64,000 nucleotides of DNA from Chrysomallon squamiferum. Lineage: Eukaryota; Animalia; Mollusca. The notes beneath the pieces were generated by a model. That model ran no database searches. It was not told where the DNA came from and saw only the letters and a list, made by a program, of their open reading frames with translations. Shown here one piece after another: positions 37,020 to 51,480 of this stretch. Position 1 is the first letter of the stretch, and each line of letters opens with the position of its first letter. Made by a program: the position numbers and the translations under genes. The DNA is taken from NCBI GenBank assembly GCA_012295275.1, contig CM022667.1, positions 10,602,001-10,666,000 of the forward strand, read 5' to 3'.

Positions 37020-37232
37020 TAGCAGTTCGCGCCATTATTTTACTATGTTTTTACTATGCAGGCCCCGGAATCTGAACATCGTTTATCTTCGGTGTGTTAC
37101 GATAGTTGCCGAGAATATCCGAACATGATCCTCCATGTTCCTCCGATTTGTGTATTGTGAAAATTATTTACAATATTTATTGATTGTATGCTAATTTGTG
37201 AAAACAAGCAAGCAATCATTATTGTCCATACA
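37020..37232 (+). promoter_or_regulatory. Probable ZFP64 promoter and 5' UTR
   Basis: CpG-rich patch (TTCGCGCCATT E2F/YY1-like, CCGGAA ETS core) directly upstream of the short first coding exon. Confidence 0.55.
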
Positions 37233-40200
37233 ATGGATAAATCGGGTAAGAATTGTTTCTGCTATATTCCGTAAATTTCCCTGTTTATAATTGCGTTTAT
37301 TTCAAAATTAGAAAGTGCTGCTCGGTAAGGGCAAAATGCGCCAAATGGGCCCTGATTCAGGTGATTGCTATAAGCTGCTTGCACAATGCATACATGAATT
37401 GAATTTATCTATATTTGCCATGCATAGAAGGGGCCTTTTATATATTTTGTATACAGCATTTGGAGATAATTTTGAAGATGCAGATAAATAATTAATCAAA
37501 TTAGACCATCATTCATAATCAGAATGAATCTTGAACAACTATTCAGGCACTTGTTCCGTCATAATATTTTATTATTATTATTTATTTTTAATATTATTTT
37601 TTTGTAATTTATTACTATGAATACATGCAATAGGCCTGATAAGGTTAAAAAAAATAATTTATGCAAAAATAATTATGTATTTAAAAAAAAACTAAAAAAC
37701 TAAAAAATTAAATCTGTGGAAACGATAGTGTTGTGCATGTTAAATATTTATTTAGAGTAAATAGCATTTTGTTTGAACAACACTCCAACAACAACAGGAA
37801 TCATCACAAAACAGACAAGAATTTCAGTCTAACACATTGTTCTCACAAAACTGACTGCCAGTAAACAAAAAAACCCCAATATGCCAACTCTCCAATAACC
37901 GACAACAGCAAACAAACATATGCACAACAAAACCCAGCAAAACAAATACACATGAAATACATAAGAATTTCAATCAAATGCATTGTTGCTCTCACAGAAT
38001 TCACTGGCAGTTTTGTTTTTATCAGAGAGTAGAAAATGATCTAATAAATTTACAAGAATGTAGACCTTTCCATACCAGTAAATGTAACAAGAAAATTATT
38101 ACAAGCAATGCCGTTGGTGTTCCATTTGACTCTTTTCCAATTCTAGCTAGAGTTCAGTGAATTGTATGTACAAATATTTTAATTATTTTAAATCACTGGT
38201 TTTATTATTTTATTTCAGTGCCATGTTGGTAAGAGATCAAACGATGTTTTTCTCTATTTTATTTAAAAAAAAAAAAAAAAGGTTTATAAAACAGCAAGAA
38301 AAGTAACCATTACTAACTACAAAAAAGACTGAATAATTATAATACAGGTAATTTCTACATTATTGTATTGGCATAGGCCAATTATTAAAACATGCTATCC
38401 CAGTTAATTATTATGTCCCTATTATTGTTGTTGTTAATTTCTAAAAATGATTAATTTATATATTTAAAAAAAAATAAAAAAATAAATAAACATTGTACAA
38501 AACATGTGTGTAAATAGTTGAATTATCCCATAGTTCAAATTACTTAGTTTACTATGCCATAAAAAAAATCGGTGAATAATATTATTTAATTAGCTGGGTA
38601 TAAAGATTACTACTGGAAACACTAAACAATTATTTATTACCATTTCAGATAATTTTCTTGTACCTGGAACCCAAACCAACATGTCTGCTGATATTCATAT
38701 CTGTGGCACATGTAAGACTCAGTTCAATGATGTTGGCATTTTCCTCTCTCACAAAAAACACTGTTCTGAAATATCCCTGTTACAACAGTCCAGAAAGTCC
38801 ACCAGCTTTGACATCCAGCAGGATACGTCTGCTTGTCAGAACATTCAAAGCCTTGAGACTTCTGGATTAGTTAGGGATAATGTGCAGACCCTGGATTTCG
38901 TAAATCCTGAAACTGTTTGTAGGACAAGTGATGGGTCAAGGGAAGCTAGGGATCAAGGTGGTCTGCTTTCTCAATCAGCCATGATGAAATCTAATTTTGA
39001 TAATTTGAGAAGTTTGTATCAAGAGCAGACAGTAGATTCAGAAAATCAGAGAAGCAGGCAAACATTGGAACAGCAACTGCAGAGGAATCAACAGCAGGCC
39101 TTAAGTATGTCACAGGAGTCCTTTAGAAGTTCTCAGAATCAGTCCGTGGAGTCTTGTGTTTCTCAGAAAATGGATACTCATTTAATTCAGAAAGGTATTC
39201 AGAATGATAATTCTCAGAATATTTGTAATGACACAGTTCAGCAGTCAGAAACTGTTGTTGTCCAGAGAAACCTACACCCAGCAGCATCAGAGTTTGATCA
39301 GGAAAGAGCTGGTGGTCTGAACATTCACAGAGAAGAAACTCGATTTGATCTGAGTTCTGAAGAAAACAAATCAGAAAGAATATCTGGACAAATGTTAAGT
39401 GAAGGATCCCAAATGGCTGAGGCCAGAAGTTCATGTGGACAGATAGTTATTCTAGAGGACGGAAGTCACTTCTCACAGGTTCAGAGTGCCAATACACAAA
39501 ATATTCTCCTGAGACGACAAGACCAGATTTTAACTTCAGCAGGGCAGATCATCTTATTGAAAGATGGATCCACATTTTCTCAAGTAACTAGTTCTGATGG
39601 ACAGACCCTTATCTTAAGAGAAGGAACTCAAGTTTCCCAGACAGACAGAGGTCAGCTTGCAAATTCAGACATGAACTGGCATCAGCAGCAGCAGCAGCAG
39701 CAGCAAACAGTCAGCCAGAATCAGACTCAGGTATCGTCAGACAATGAATTTAATGTTTACAGTAACACTGAAATGTTTTCTGGGTCAGAGACAAGTATCA
39801 GTTTTGAAGAACGAAATCCTGGTGGTTCTGGTTCAGAGACATCTAGTTTGCAGACTGATGGAAATGTAATATTCCATTCCCAGGAGCAACTGATGGAACA
39901 GATTCAAATGGACAGTATTTCTGAGCAGAGACGTTGTGTTGATCTTCTAAACAAAAACCAGAATTCTTTACAGCATGTTGCTAATGATCAGACTTACTCG
40001 CAGAGTCCAGTAAAAGTGACTTTACAGAAAGCAGTGGCCACAGAGAGTCAGAAGAGGCTAAAAATAGATGACCTCTGCATGGCATCAATACTTAAACAAG
40101 ACTCTGCAGTTTCCTATGACACTGCCACATCTACTGCTGTCCACGATGCTGCTGCAAGTGCTGGCATCTATGACATATCATCATCATCAACACCTACATC

Positions 40201-43200
40201 CATTCATGAAACCTGTACTGTACCTTCTGCTGGTGTGTATTCTGGAGGCCAAGGTCTAGGTCTTTCAGTGCCAGCAGCAGCTCAAGGACTTTCAGCACCT
40301 GTGCCAGGACAAAGCATCACTGTGCCTTCTGAAGGGCAACATCTGTTGGTGCCTGGTTCTAGTGATGGAAGCATTTCTTCAGAGCTGAGTGCAACTACAT
40401 TCCAACATACTAGTAGTATTCCAGAGATTCAGAATGTTTTGCAGGCACAGACAACAACTAAAAGAGGATTGGGTTTGTTTATAAAAATTACTTGAGTTTA
40501 CTTTGAGAATTGGAAAGTTTCTAAAATATGTTATTTTTCATTAATTTTATTATTAAAGATACATTAAAGGCTTTGGGTTTATTTAAATTAATTTTTATTG
40601 TTTCAGATAGGCCATAAATTTATAAAATTATATATTTAATTGAAAATAATCTTTTTCTTTTATTGTGATACTTGTTTCTTCATTTCTTTTTTTTTTTAAC
40701 ATCATAATTATGATGTTTAGCAAACGAAATGTTACTCAAAATTTTTAATTTTTAATTTTTAATTTATTTATTTACTAATTTATCATTATCATCACCATCA
40801 TCATAATCATCATCCTTACCTAGTATTATATTCCATTATTATGTATTATCTTAGCTTTTATGAATTCTTACTGTATTTATTTTATTTTTAAAAATTATTT
40901 CTCAGAGAATGTAATAACAATACCAGACCCTGACACTCCTGGCAAGAAAAGGTACAAATGTTCTGTTACAGACTGCACCTTCACAACAACCTACATACGT
41001 GACCTTGAGAGACACAACAGAGTCCACACAGGAGAGCGTCCGTTCATCTGTCCATTGTGTCCAAAATCATTCAGCAGGTCAGACAAGCTGAATATTCACC
41101 TGCGAGGGCACACAGGATCAAAACCCTTTAAGTGTTCATTTTGTAAGTTTGAAATGAAGCAATTTTTCTTTTTACTTTTTTTATATATATATATATCTGT
41201 GGCAGTAAGTAAAAAATGGTATAATATATATAGAATTTTTATTCTGTATTGGGGGGGGTACATTTTGATATTTTGTTTTATTGATTTGGTTGACATATAA
41301 TAATAATATATTACTTTTTCAAAATACTGAATTGTTATTAATATATATTTTATTATAGAAGTCTGAAAATTAAAATTAACCATAACAATAATAATATATG
41401 TGACATATAAAAATTTTCATATGTGACTTTAAGAAATAATGAATTATGAGTGAACAGAAATAATGAATTCAGATGAATATAAGGAATGAAAAAATTATCA
41501 TTTACAACAATAACTGATGTGTGTGTTTTTTTTTTCCAGGTAATTATGGAGCTGCCGATAGCAGCAGTTTGAAAAAACACATCAGAATTCACACAGACGA
41601 AAGACCTTTCAGGTAAACACAGAGTTTAACTGAACTGTTTTTACTTATTTAATTTCTTTAAACATTTCATCTCCTTGTTTTGTTAAACATTCATTTTCCC
41701 TTAGAGCTCTAATGGTGCTGTTTATTAAGTCAGTTAAATCTCTGTCACTTTAACATTTTTTTTTCCAGAAAATCTCAACAAAAGATTATTTTTTTTTTTT
41801 TTTTTTAAATCAGTTAAATTTGTGTGACTTTTTATTTCAGTAACAATGTATATTATTTATTAAAAATCACTGGTGGTGTGACATGAAGGAATTTTTTTTC
41901 TGTCTTTAGTAAGATTTCAGAATAATGTAACTGACAGTATGTGATGTTGTTAGAAAAAGTTATGACATATTACTAAACATTCATACCTTTTATTCATTCC
42001 ATCTATTTTTCATCTATTCATTTTGATATTTCTTTTCTTTTTAACTGTTTGTTCAGTCATTAATTTGTTACTGATACTGATCCAATCATACTTCCGTCGA
42101 TTCTCACATTCATCCATCCATTCATTCATCCATCCATCCCTTCATTCTCACATTCATTCATTCATCTTTCATTCTTTCATTCATTCTTTCATTTGCAGGT
42201 GTCAGATCTGTCCCTATGCGAGTCGTAACTCCAGTCAGCTGATTGTACACTTGCGCACTCACACTGGCGACAGTCCGTTTCAGTGCAGTGTTTGTGATGC
42301 TAAGTTCAAAATCAACTCAGACCTCAAACGTCACATGAGAATTCACACAGGAGAAAAACCTTACAAGTGTGACCTCTGTGACTATAGGTGTTCCGTTAGA
42401 GGTAAGTCATGTCTGTGAATCTGTCTGTCTGTGAATGTGTGTGTGTGTATATGTTTTTTTTTGTTTTTTTGTGTATGCTTGTTTTTGTGAATGCATGTAT
42501 TTTGGGGTGGGTATAGGAGTGTATGTATGTATTATGTCTGTTTGTGAGTGTGTGTGTTTATGTATGGGTGGGTATAGGAGAGTGTGTGTATATATATGTG
42601 TGTATATGTTAGTTAGATATGTGTGAGTGTCTGTTGTGTGTGTGAGTGTGAATATGTATGTGTATGTGTGAGAATGTATGAGTGTGTTTGTGTGTATGTT
42701 TGTATGTGTATGTATTGCGTGTATGTGTGTGTGTGTTTTATTTCAGAGAGTTTTTTGGTGGTTTTTTTTTTGTGTGTGTGCAATAACACTAACTCTTAAT
42801 AATTTGTCTTTATCATAATCATCATTAACCATTAGTATGATTTATTTTTACAGGAAATCTAAAATGTCACTATCGAATCAACCATTCGAGCGAAAACCAA
42901 ATGTCATGTCCAGAACCAGACTGCAGTTTCAAAACCTCCTCCAGAAAGGCATTATGGGAGCACAAGAAAACACATGACCTTCTTCGACCAATCAAGTGTG
43001 ACATCTGCAATTACGCGTGTGCCAGTAACAGTGCACTGAAGATGCACATGCGAGTGCACAGCACAGACAGACCTTACAACTGCACCTTCTGCAACTACTC
43101 TTCAAAACAGAGCGGAAATGTTAAAACTCACATCAGAAAGCGACATCCAGAAACTCTCCAGATTCGATCGGGAAGGAATGCCAAAAGAAAAGGGAAAGGA

Positions 43201-46200
43201 GGGCACTGGGCAAGTCCATCCGAAGAGGATCCTGGGATACCCAAACTGAGGCAGAACTGTCGCAAGGCTTACAAGTGCAATATTTGTTCGGCATCGTTCG
43301 TGAGGGAGGATTCGCTGAGAAGTCACACGCGACAGCACTGTCGAGAGATCGAGCAGAATCTCGAGAGTACAGCTCTTGCAGTGCTGGAGCAGCAGAGCAA
43401 TGTGGTTAACAGTCGGGTTGCCATGACGATTCTCCCACCTCAGTCGACCCAGATGAATTCAGTGATATCCGTGACTCCACAGATCTCGTCTAACATCGAC
43501 TCTTTAAATACAAAGACGACGAATTCAGAGCCGTACATCTTTATTTCTCAGCAGAAAAACGGTGAAAAAACTTTTCAGTTTCTGCCAAAGTCAGTTTCAC
43601 TACCCACAGAATCTTTATCAGAACAAGTCATGTTTAGTTCTTCTGGTATGGGAACAGCTGTTGCTAAGGAAACGGTTTCGACAACGTACTGTGTTACTCC
43701 GATGGGTTCACAGCCAGCTGTTGATCGAATGATTCAGGTTTGCACGGTTGATTCTCAGATGTCTGATAGTTCAAGGTCACTGCCGCATGCGACTGTTGTT
43801 GCCAGCGCCATGCCAGCAGCGGTGATGTCGCATTCCTTAGCAAGTCAACCACAACAGCATTCATCATCCGAGGTACAACAAAACCATCCAATGTTAACAG
43901 CAGGTTTGTTGAATTTTTATTTTTGTTTTGTCATAAAATAACAAAAATATTAGATACAGCACTGGCATATTAATCATAGTTACACATATAGTGGATATAG
44001 AAATAATGATAGTAAAGGTAGTAATAGTGAAAGTAGAGATAGTAGCAGTGACAGCAGACGTAGCAGTAGTGTCAGTAGAAGTAGTAATGGTGTTAGTAGC
44101 AGTGACAGTAGACGTAGCAGTAGTGTCAGTAAAAGTAGTAGTGGTGTTAGTAGCAGTGACAGTAGACGTAGCAGTAGTGTCAGTAGAAGTAGTAGTGGTG
44201 TTAGTAGCAGTGACAGTAGACATAGCAGTAGTGTCAGTAAAAGTAGTAGTGGTGTTAGTAGCAGTGACAGTAGACGTAGCAGTAGTGTCAGTAGAAGTAG
44301 CAGTGACAGTAGACGTAGCAGTAGTGTCAGTAGAAGTAGTAGTGGTGTTAGTAGCAGTGACAGTAGACGTAGCAGTAGTGTCAGTAAAAGTAGTAGTGGT
44401 GTTAGTAGCAGTTTTGGTAGAGATAATAGTAATCCTAATAGAGATAGTAACAGTGAAAACAAATAAAAAAACAAAAAACCAAAAAAACAACAAAACAAAA
44501 CAGACCCAACAAACAAAATAAATAACATACTGCCTTAAATTTTTTTCATAGTGATGGAAAACGGTGTGGAAGTAGCTGTCAATATCCCAACCAACAGCAG
44601 TCAGGACATTACCTACCACACAGAATCATCAACAGGTCATGCAGAGGAGCCAATATACATAACACAGAACAAATACCAAACAGTCCTATCAAACCAGTCC
44701 ACCCACGGCAACCCAACCCCTTTCTCTCAGCCAGCCCAGAACCACGTCCCTTGCTCATCTGCGCAGACGACCTTGAAAAGACCCGTCCGAATTATCCAGC
44801 AGGCTCAAAGTGAGGCTAGCAAGCTCATCTTCACAGACGGAAATCTGGCATCCGATTACCGAGTTGTCACGGATTCTGGAATTGTCACGCATCAGTTAGT
44901 TCAGACTTCTCAGGGATTTCAGATAATCCAGAACATTCCGCTGCACAGTCTGAGATTCGTTGGCAAGGCAGCGGGTACTCAGACTGTGGAGGAACAAGTT
45001 AGGGTAGCTGAGAAGGTGTTGTCACCGTCAGTGATGTCCACGCTTCAGCCAGAGCAGCAGCTCGTACATCAGCCACAGTTGGTGCAGGTTCATTCAGGAC
45101 ATTCGGGTGTTGGTCATCTTGAGTCAGTTAATCTACAGGTCAGTACTTACTGTTGTTATTAGAATTGCTGCTCTTGTTGTTGTTGATGTCATCATTGTTG
45201 TAGTTATATTGTTGTTGTTATTATTATTGTTGGTATTCTTGTTGTTGACATAATCATCATATTGCTGTTACAGTTATTATTATTATTATTCTCATTATTA
45301 TCATCATCATTATTGTAGCTGTTATTGATACTTTGAACAGTCATTTTATTTATATTGTTATTATTTTGTTATTGTTTTGTTATATAATGTAGGATTTCTC
45401 CCTACGTTGTTGTTGTTATTATTATTGTTATTACAGTTGTTATTATTATTGATAGTAGTTATTAATGTTACTGTTATTTTATTAATTTTATTATTGTTAT
45501 TGTTAATTAATCCACAATCTCTCTCCCCCTCTCTCTCTCTTTCTGTCTCTCCAAATTTAATCTCTGCTCACACAAACACAGTGGCAAAAATTCATGATAC
45601 CTTTTCTTCAGGTTATCAAATCACCATCAACTCAGACATCATATCCAGTAAGCATCATCACACAGGAAGTGCCCGACCAAACGAATCCTTCCCAGAATGC
45701 ACCAGCTATTGCCCAGTTACAGATAATTCTTCCGTCAGGCTCTCAGACTCCACAGATTGTCAGGAATTCACTGGGAGGCCACTCCCAGGTCATCATGCAC
45801 CTCGAGGAGCCACTGTCAGCGAGACCTGCAGAAGAGTCTTCGGTTTCCATGACATCGGGAGGCATGATAAGTATTCCAATTTCCATGGCACAAACGCTGC
45901 TAGCTCAACAACCTTCAGGTATTTTTAAACATTTGTAATTTTTGATTTTTGATTTTTTAATAATTCTCTATCTTTTTTCTCTTTGTCTCTGTTGTGTCTG
46001 TCCCTCTATGTCTATCTCTGTGATTTTGTCTCATTCTCTCTGTCACTGTCTCTTTTTCTCTTTAACTCTTTCTGCCTCTGACACGTCCTCTGTTTATTTG
46101 TTTTTGTCTCATTCCCTCTTTCTGGGTAAGTCTGTCTCTGTTACTCTGTTTTTTAAACTGCCTCATTCTACCTTTTTTTTTTTTTTTTTTTTTTTTATCC

Positions 46201-46447
46201 TGTTCTAAAAGAAATACATTACTGACCATTTAATAACTGATAAATAACATTAAAATATACTAATGTGTTATTAATATTCATTTATTTATAGAACAAAATC
46301 TCATGTAGTATTTTTAATTTTTAAATTTCAGACTCTGGAGTGGTTGCTCCTATCTCTGTAATACAAGATGGAGTTCAGCTTCAGGAAGTTATTGTTGCTG
46401 TTGATAGGTCTTCTATGATTGGCTCTTCTGTCACCAGGGGTAGGTAA
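37233..46447 (+). CDS. ZFP64: Zinc finger protein 64-like (N-terminal DIHICGxC finger, long Q/S-rich region, central C2H2 array, low-complexity C-terminus)
   Basis: Coding exons 37233-37245, 38649-40472, 40906-41142, 41540-41612, 42199-42401, 42854-43903, 44552-45138, 45612-45918, 46332-46447; phase-consistent GT-AG. ZFP64-type motifs: [98 protein letters not shown]. The first and last exons are less certain. Confidence 0.92.
44042..44410. repeat. 54-bp minisatellite (~7 copies, one truncated) in a ZFP64 intron
   Basis: Unit GTAGCAGTGACAGTAGACGTAGCAGTAGTGTCAGTA(G/A)AAGTAGTAGTGGTGTTA starting at 44042, 44096, 44150, 44204, 44258 (39-bp short unit), 44297 and 44351. Confidence 0.95.
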
Positions 46448-46755
46448 CTCTATTTCACTTATTATGTTGCCAGTAGATTTTGATTGGGTCTTCTGTCACT
46501 CTAGGTGTATGTAACTCTATTTTAGTTTTATTTAAGGTAAAATGTGAATAGTTCTCTTCTGTCACCAAAGGTAGGTAACTCTAATTTTAGTTATGTTTAC
46601 AGTAAAACAGGCTTATGTAACTACTATTAGTTATTTAGCAGTAAAATATGATGTTTTTTTCCATCACTAACAGATAACTCTAATTTTCATTGTTATCTTG
46701 ACAGTAGAGCTTGAATGTTTCTTTTGAACAAGTGGTACGTTACTATATTTTAATT
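46424..46755. repeat. Degenerate ~65-bp tandem repeat overlapping the predicted ZFP64 stop codon
   Basis: TCTTCTGTCAC...GTA(G/T)GTAACTCTA...TT at 46424, 46489 and 46555, with more decayed copies at about 46612, 46657 and 46720. Confidence 0.8.
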
Positions 46756-47539
46756 AACATTATATACTGCCTTATATGTTAATTAAAATCGATAAATTTA
46801 ATAAAATCATACTTGCATGACAAAATGATTAAATCAAGTTTTGTGTACATAATGCTGAAATATGGTTAAACTTGCCAACATTTTCTGATTTACATCAGTT
46901 TATATTTTGATCTATTTTATTTTTAATAATTATTTTTGAAAATACTTATCATTTTTCACATAATGTAGCCCTTAGTCTATAATTGTGAAAGATATTATTT
47001 AAATAAAAAAAGAAAGAAAAGATAAAAGAAAAAAGTAATTTGAAACATTAAATAATCAGGTCATAAATGTAACAATACAACGACTTCAAAATTTATTTAT
47101 TTATTTATAAAATAACTGTTGCAAAAGGCCAAACAGACTGAATCAAAGGTAATTTACACGTTAATGGATTTAAGAAAGTGTTATTTTGTTTGAAATGTAT
47201 TTTTTTAACAGTAATTTATTATTTAAAAATATAACTTTATAAATTATCTTAGAATTATTGTCATGTATTTAAAAAGATTACTAAAAATAAATAATATTAA
47301 TTTATTTTAAATTGCTGTTTCAAGTTCAATTTTGCTGTTATTAAAATAATTTTGTTATTTTATTCACATTAAGCATAACACTTTAGTTGTTATTATTTTT
47401 ATTATTACTTAATGATTTACAATTAAAAACAATAAATAAACAATAACTGTTATTGTTATTTTCGCTATTTTCTAAATAGTTGTTGCTAAACCCATATCAG
47501 ACTGAGTCTCCATAAATGTTTTTATTTTGCTAGCACTAG

Positions 47540-47578
<39 letters not shown>

Positions 47579-48294
47579 AAAATTCTTATTCAGAATTAAA
47601 TTTGTTGAATGAATAAATGAATAAAAATAATAAAATTAGTTTTCCTTATTTACACAAAATTTTAAAAAAAAACCAATCACTTTCACAAATTAGAAGAAAA
47701 GAAATTTAGTTTTCAGTAAATACAAAATAATATTTATTATAGTCTATTCAAATTATATTTATTTAAAATATCTTGCATATTGAAATTGAAAATATTCACA
47801 GTGCAAACTAACTGTTTCGATGTATAATTATTTTGACATATTCTATAGATTAAGAATAAATTGTTAAGACATCAGTGTATTATTTTTTATTTATTTTTTA
47901 TTTACTGTTGAATTAGAAAAAAAAATAGAATTGCTTTATTTAGAAATTAAATTTAAGACTGAAATGAAATAAAATAAATTAAATTAATTAAAATAAAAAA
48001 GCAATAAATAAATGCATTAAATATAAATTAAAAAATATAAATAAGCAAACATTAAATATAAATAAATAAGTATAAAATAGACAATAGAAGCAAACAAAAT
48101 TAATAAAGAAAAATAAATATTAATTTTTTATAATTATATAACAAAAGATTAATTAAATAAATATTTTATAAGAATAATAAAGAAATTAAAAATAAAATAC
48201 AAAATGAAATAAATAAATAAATCTAACTGAATCATTAATGAAAAATAAATAAGTAAAAAATTATGAAAAATCAACATAATACTAAAAAAAAAAA

Positions 48295-48325
<31 letters not shown>

Positions 48326-48605
48326 AAATAATATGTAAAAAATGAAAGAAATAAATTTTAATGAATCATTAAATAACTGTAAATATTATTAACATTTTAT
48401 AAATAAATAACTGAAAATAATAGGTAAAAATAATAAATAAATAACAACAACACAAAATGATAACAGCAATAATAATAATAAATAAAATTAATTAAAAAAC
48501 AAACACAAATAAAAGTAGTAAATAATTTAATGTTAAAAATAACTGTAAATTTAAGAGAATAAAAATAAAGTATATATAAATGTATAATTGAGTTAAATTA
48601 ACATA

Positions 48606-48638
<33 letters not shown>

Positions 48639-49195
48639 AAATTAATTAATTAATAAAAGAATTATAATAATATATAACAAAAAGAAAAAAGTATAAAATA
48701 AATAATAATAATAAAGTTAAATTATATGGGAAAAAAAAACAATGCTTTAATGAACTTTTTGTTTCTTTACACCAATTTTTAAACTTTTGTTTTTATTTTT
48801 TTATTTTTGTCACACACACACACACACACATTTTTTTTTATTATCATCTGCCAGTAAGTGTGATCTCTCTTTTTCTTCTCTAATTAATAATTTGTTTCAA
48901 GTGCTTGACCTCAGGTTTCAGTTAACATTTTTGATTTATTTATCAGTTTTCTGTTTATCTTCTTTCTTTTTTTTTTCTCTGTCTGTATCTTTATTGATAT
49001 GAATATAATAGATGTAGACAAGAGGGTTGAAACAGTATATTTTCAACAAAAAAAGAAAATAGAAAAAAAAAAAAGAAAGAAAAAAGAAAAAAAAAGAGAT
49101 TTGAAATATATAATTTGGTTACAATTCTTTTCAAATAAAACACAACCAAAAAATGAAATGAAAAAAAAAGAATTGCATAAAATAAAATGAATTAT

Positions 49196-49258
<63 letters not shown>

Positions 49259-49464
49259 TCTTAATAATAATTATAATAAATAAATTAAAAAAAACCCCCA
49301 AAAAGACACAAATAAAAGAATAAACAACTAATAAATCGCCCATCAAAACCCAAACAACAATTTGCATATTTATCTCTCAGCAATGGAGAAAAAAAAAAAA
49401 AAAGAAATCTATATCTATATCTAATATGCATTAAAAATAAAAACAATCCACATAACCCAAACAA

Positions 49465-49511
<47 letters not shown>

Positions 49512-50689
49512 TATATATCAGAAAAAGAAAAAAATATATATTGCTGGCAAATTTGTCAAATGTTCCATCTCTCTCCTACGGTATGTGAAACTGTGATGAA
49601 AGTTTCAACTGATCACGGCTATCACTTTTATACTTTTGTCATATTTAGTCGTAAATCATCCGATTTCTCCAGGATAACAGAGGTTATTTGGTGAGTAATT
49701 GGTTAGAAATCTTGGTCAGGTTGTCACGGCGATGACATAAATATTTGATACTTTATTCTTATCTTCTTTCCATTCAACACAACAAGAGATTAATTTTCTT
49801 AACATATTTCCTTTTTTTCTTCTTTTTTTTTTTCTGGGATATGTTTTTTTTTTTTTTTTTTTTTTTTTTTTCACCTCCTAGAAAAATCTTAGAGCATTCT
49901 GCTGTCAGCAGCTGATGGGCTGTGTTAAAGTGCGAAGTGCTTGGTTTTGCAGTTTTTGTTTTCTAGAAGTTTTGTTTCATATTTATATGTATTTAAAAAT
50001 CATATATATGTATTTAAATTGTTTTAGAAAAATATGTTTTAATGGTTTGGATTATTACTTAAAATAAGTGGGATATTAGTATATATGTTATTATTATTTT
50101 ATTATTTAAAAATAGATATAAATAAATTAAAAATAAAATAGAATAAGCATATGTTTAAGATTTGTTTAAAAATTGAAATTAAAAGGCTGTTAAAAATTAC
50201 TTAATTTTTTAAAAAGTGTTTGTATGTTTGCATGTGTTGTGTTTGTGTTTTTAAAAAAGTTTGTAACATCTTCAGTATTAAAAAAAAACAATTCAAATAA
50301 AATAAGAGATAAAACCAGTATTTCAGTAGATATATTTTTACTTTAAATAATTAACAAACAAACAGACAATAGGTAAATAGACAACAAACAAACAAACAAT
50401 AAATAGATAAATAAATTTATGAATTAAAGCAAAATAAACCAAAAGAACCAATATATCAACTAGTATACTGTATTATCTTTGCATCCAAAGGGAAGGTATC
50501 TGTATAAAATTCTTACTGCTAATTCTAGGAGTAACAGAGTGACAACAGCTGGTTCATGGGGTCTTTTTTCATTTTTGTGTGTATATGCATGCAGATTTCT
50601 GTAAGGGTGACTGTAAATCACTTTTTCGTTGATTTTTTTTTTTGGGGTGTAAAGGGAATAGAAACCTGCCACTCAAGATACTCTTTTAA

Positions 50690-51480
50690 CCGCATAAAAG
50701 CCAAATCATAGTTGTCGGCACCTCACATACCACACACTTTGATACACTAAACTTTCTCGGCGGTCAATTAACCATTAACAGCAAATCACAACATTATTGC
50801 ATCTGGCAGAGTTATCACTTTCATTATTGTGAGTGCCGCGTGTTCAATTCGGGCCCGTTAGTCCGAAATAAGTCAGTGATTCCGTCGCCAATCAGTGTTA
50901 AAAGAGCGAGCGGAGAAGCGGAGAAAGTGTCTTCGCAGCTTGAAGATGAAAATCCCATTCCTGCAAATCCCTTTCTTAGTTATGTATCACATTTGAGCTC
51001 AATAAATTATTGGCTAGTAGAATTTATTGTTTCTCCCTGACAGCCCGCGCAAGGTGAAGGCAGTGCAGCTAAAGATGTTTTTATTTGATTTATGTGTGCC
51101 CACTTGGCACCGTTATCCCGTTTTATGGCACTGATGGAAAAGCCATTATTTCCAGTGGTGTAAATAATGCAAGCCCGAATATTCTCTGCTAGCCACGGCC
51201 TGAGTGTTTTTAATAGAAGAACAGAATGCTAATAAGCCCAGATGAAGAGTAATATGGCAATACAAGATTGTCTTCGGCCATAGCTGTCACAGGGGTTAAA
51301 ATCTTGATGGCAATATACTGGAGCCCGTTGCGAAAGGCAGGCGCCGATGGACGTTTGCTCGTTATGTCCAAGTCGGGTTTAGTTGCTTATTACTGGAGCA
51401 TCATAAATTGTTGAAGAAGCTTTCAGTGCGGTGATAAATGAGCTATCCAAACATCTTACTGCTCAATCTTTCCATTAGAC
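50690..51480. promoter_or_regulatory. Candidate conserved non-coding enhancer island
   Basis: ~800 bp of complex, GC-elevated, repeat-free sequence without a credible ORF; contains TGATTTAT, TTTTATGG, CATAAA, multiple TAAT/ATTA and TGACA/TGTCA motifs. Confidence 0.4.

Noticed and set aside
43894-44619. Three long ORFs (Thr-rich 241 aa, Leu-rich 182 aa, Val-rich 176 aa)
   Set aside because: By-products of a stop-poor 54-bp minisatellite inside a well-supported ZFP64 intron; no evidence of independent gene structure.
50544-50566. Minus-strand partial resemblance to miR-133 (GACCCCATGAACCAGCTGT)
   Set aside because: The seed region mismatches miR-133 and no pre-miRNA hairpin partner is evident; probably a chance E-box-containing match.
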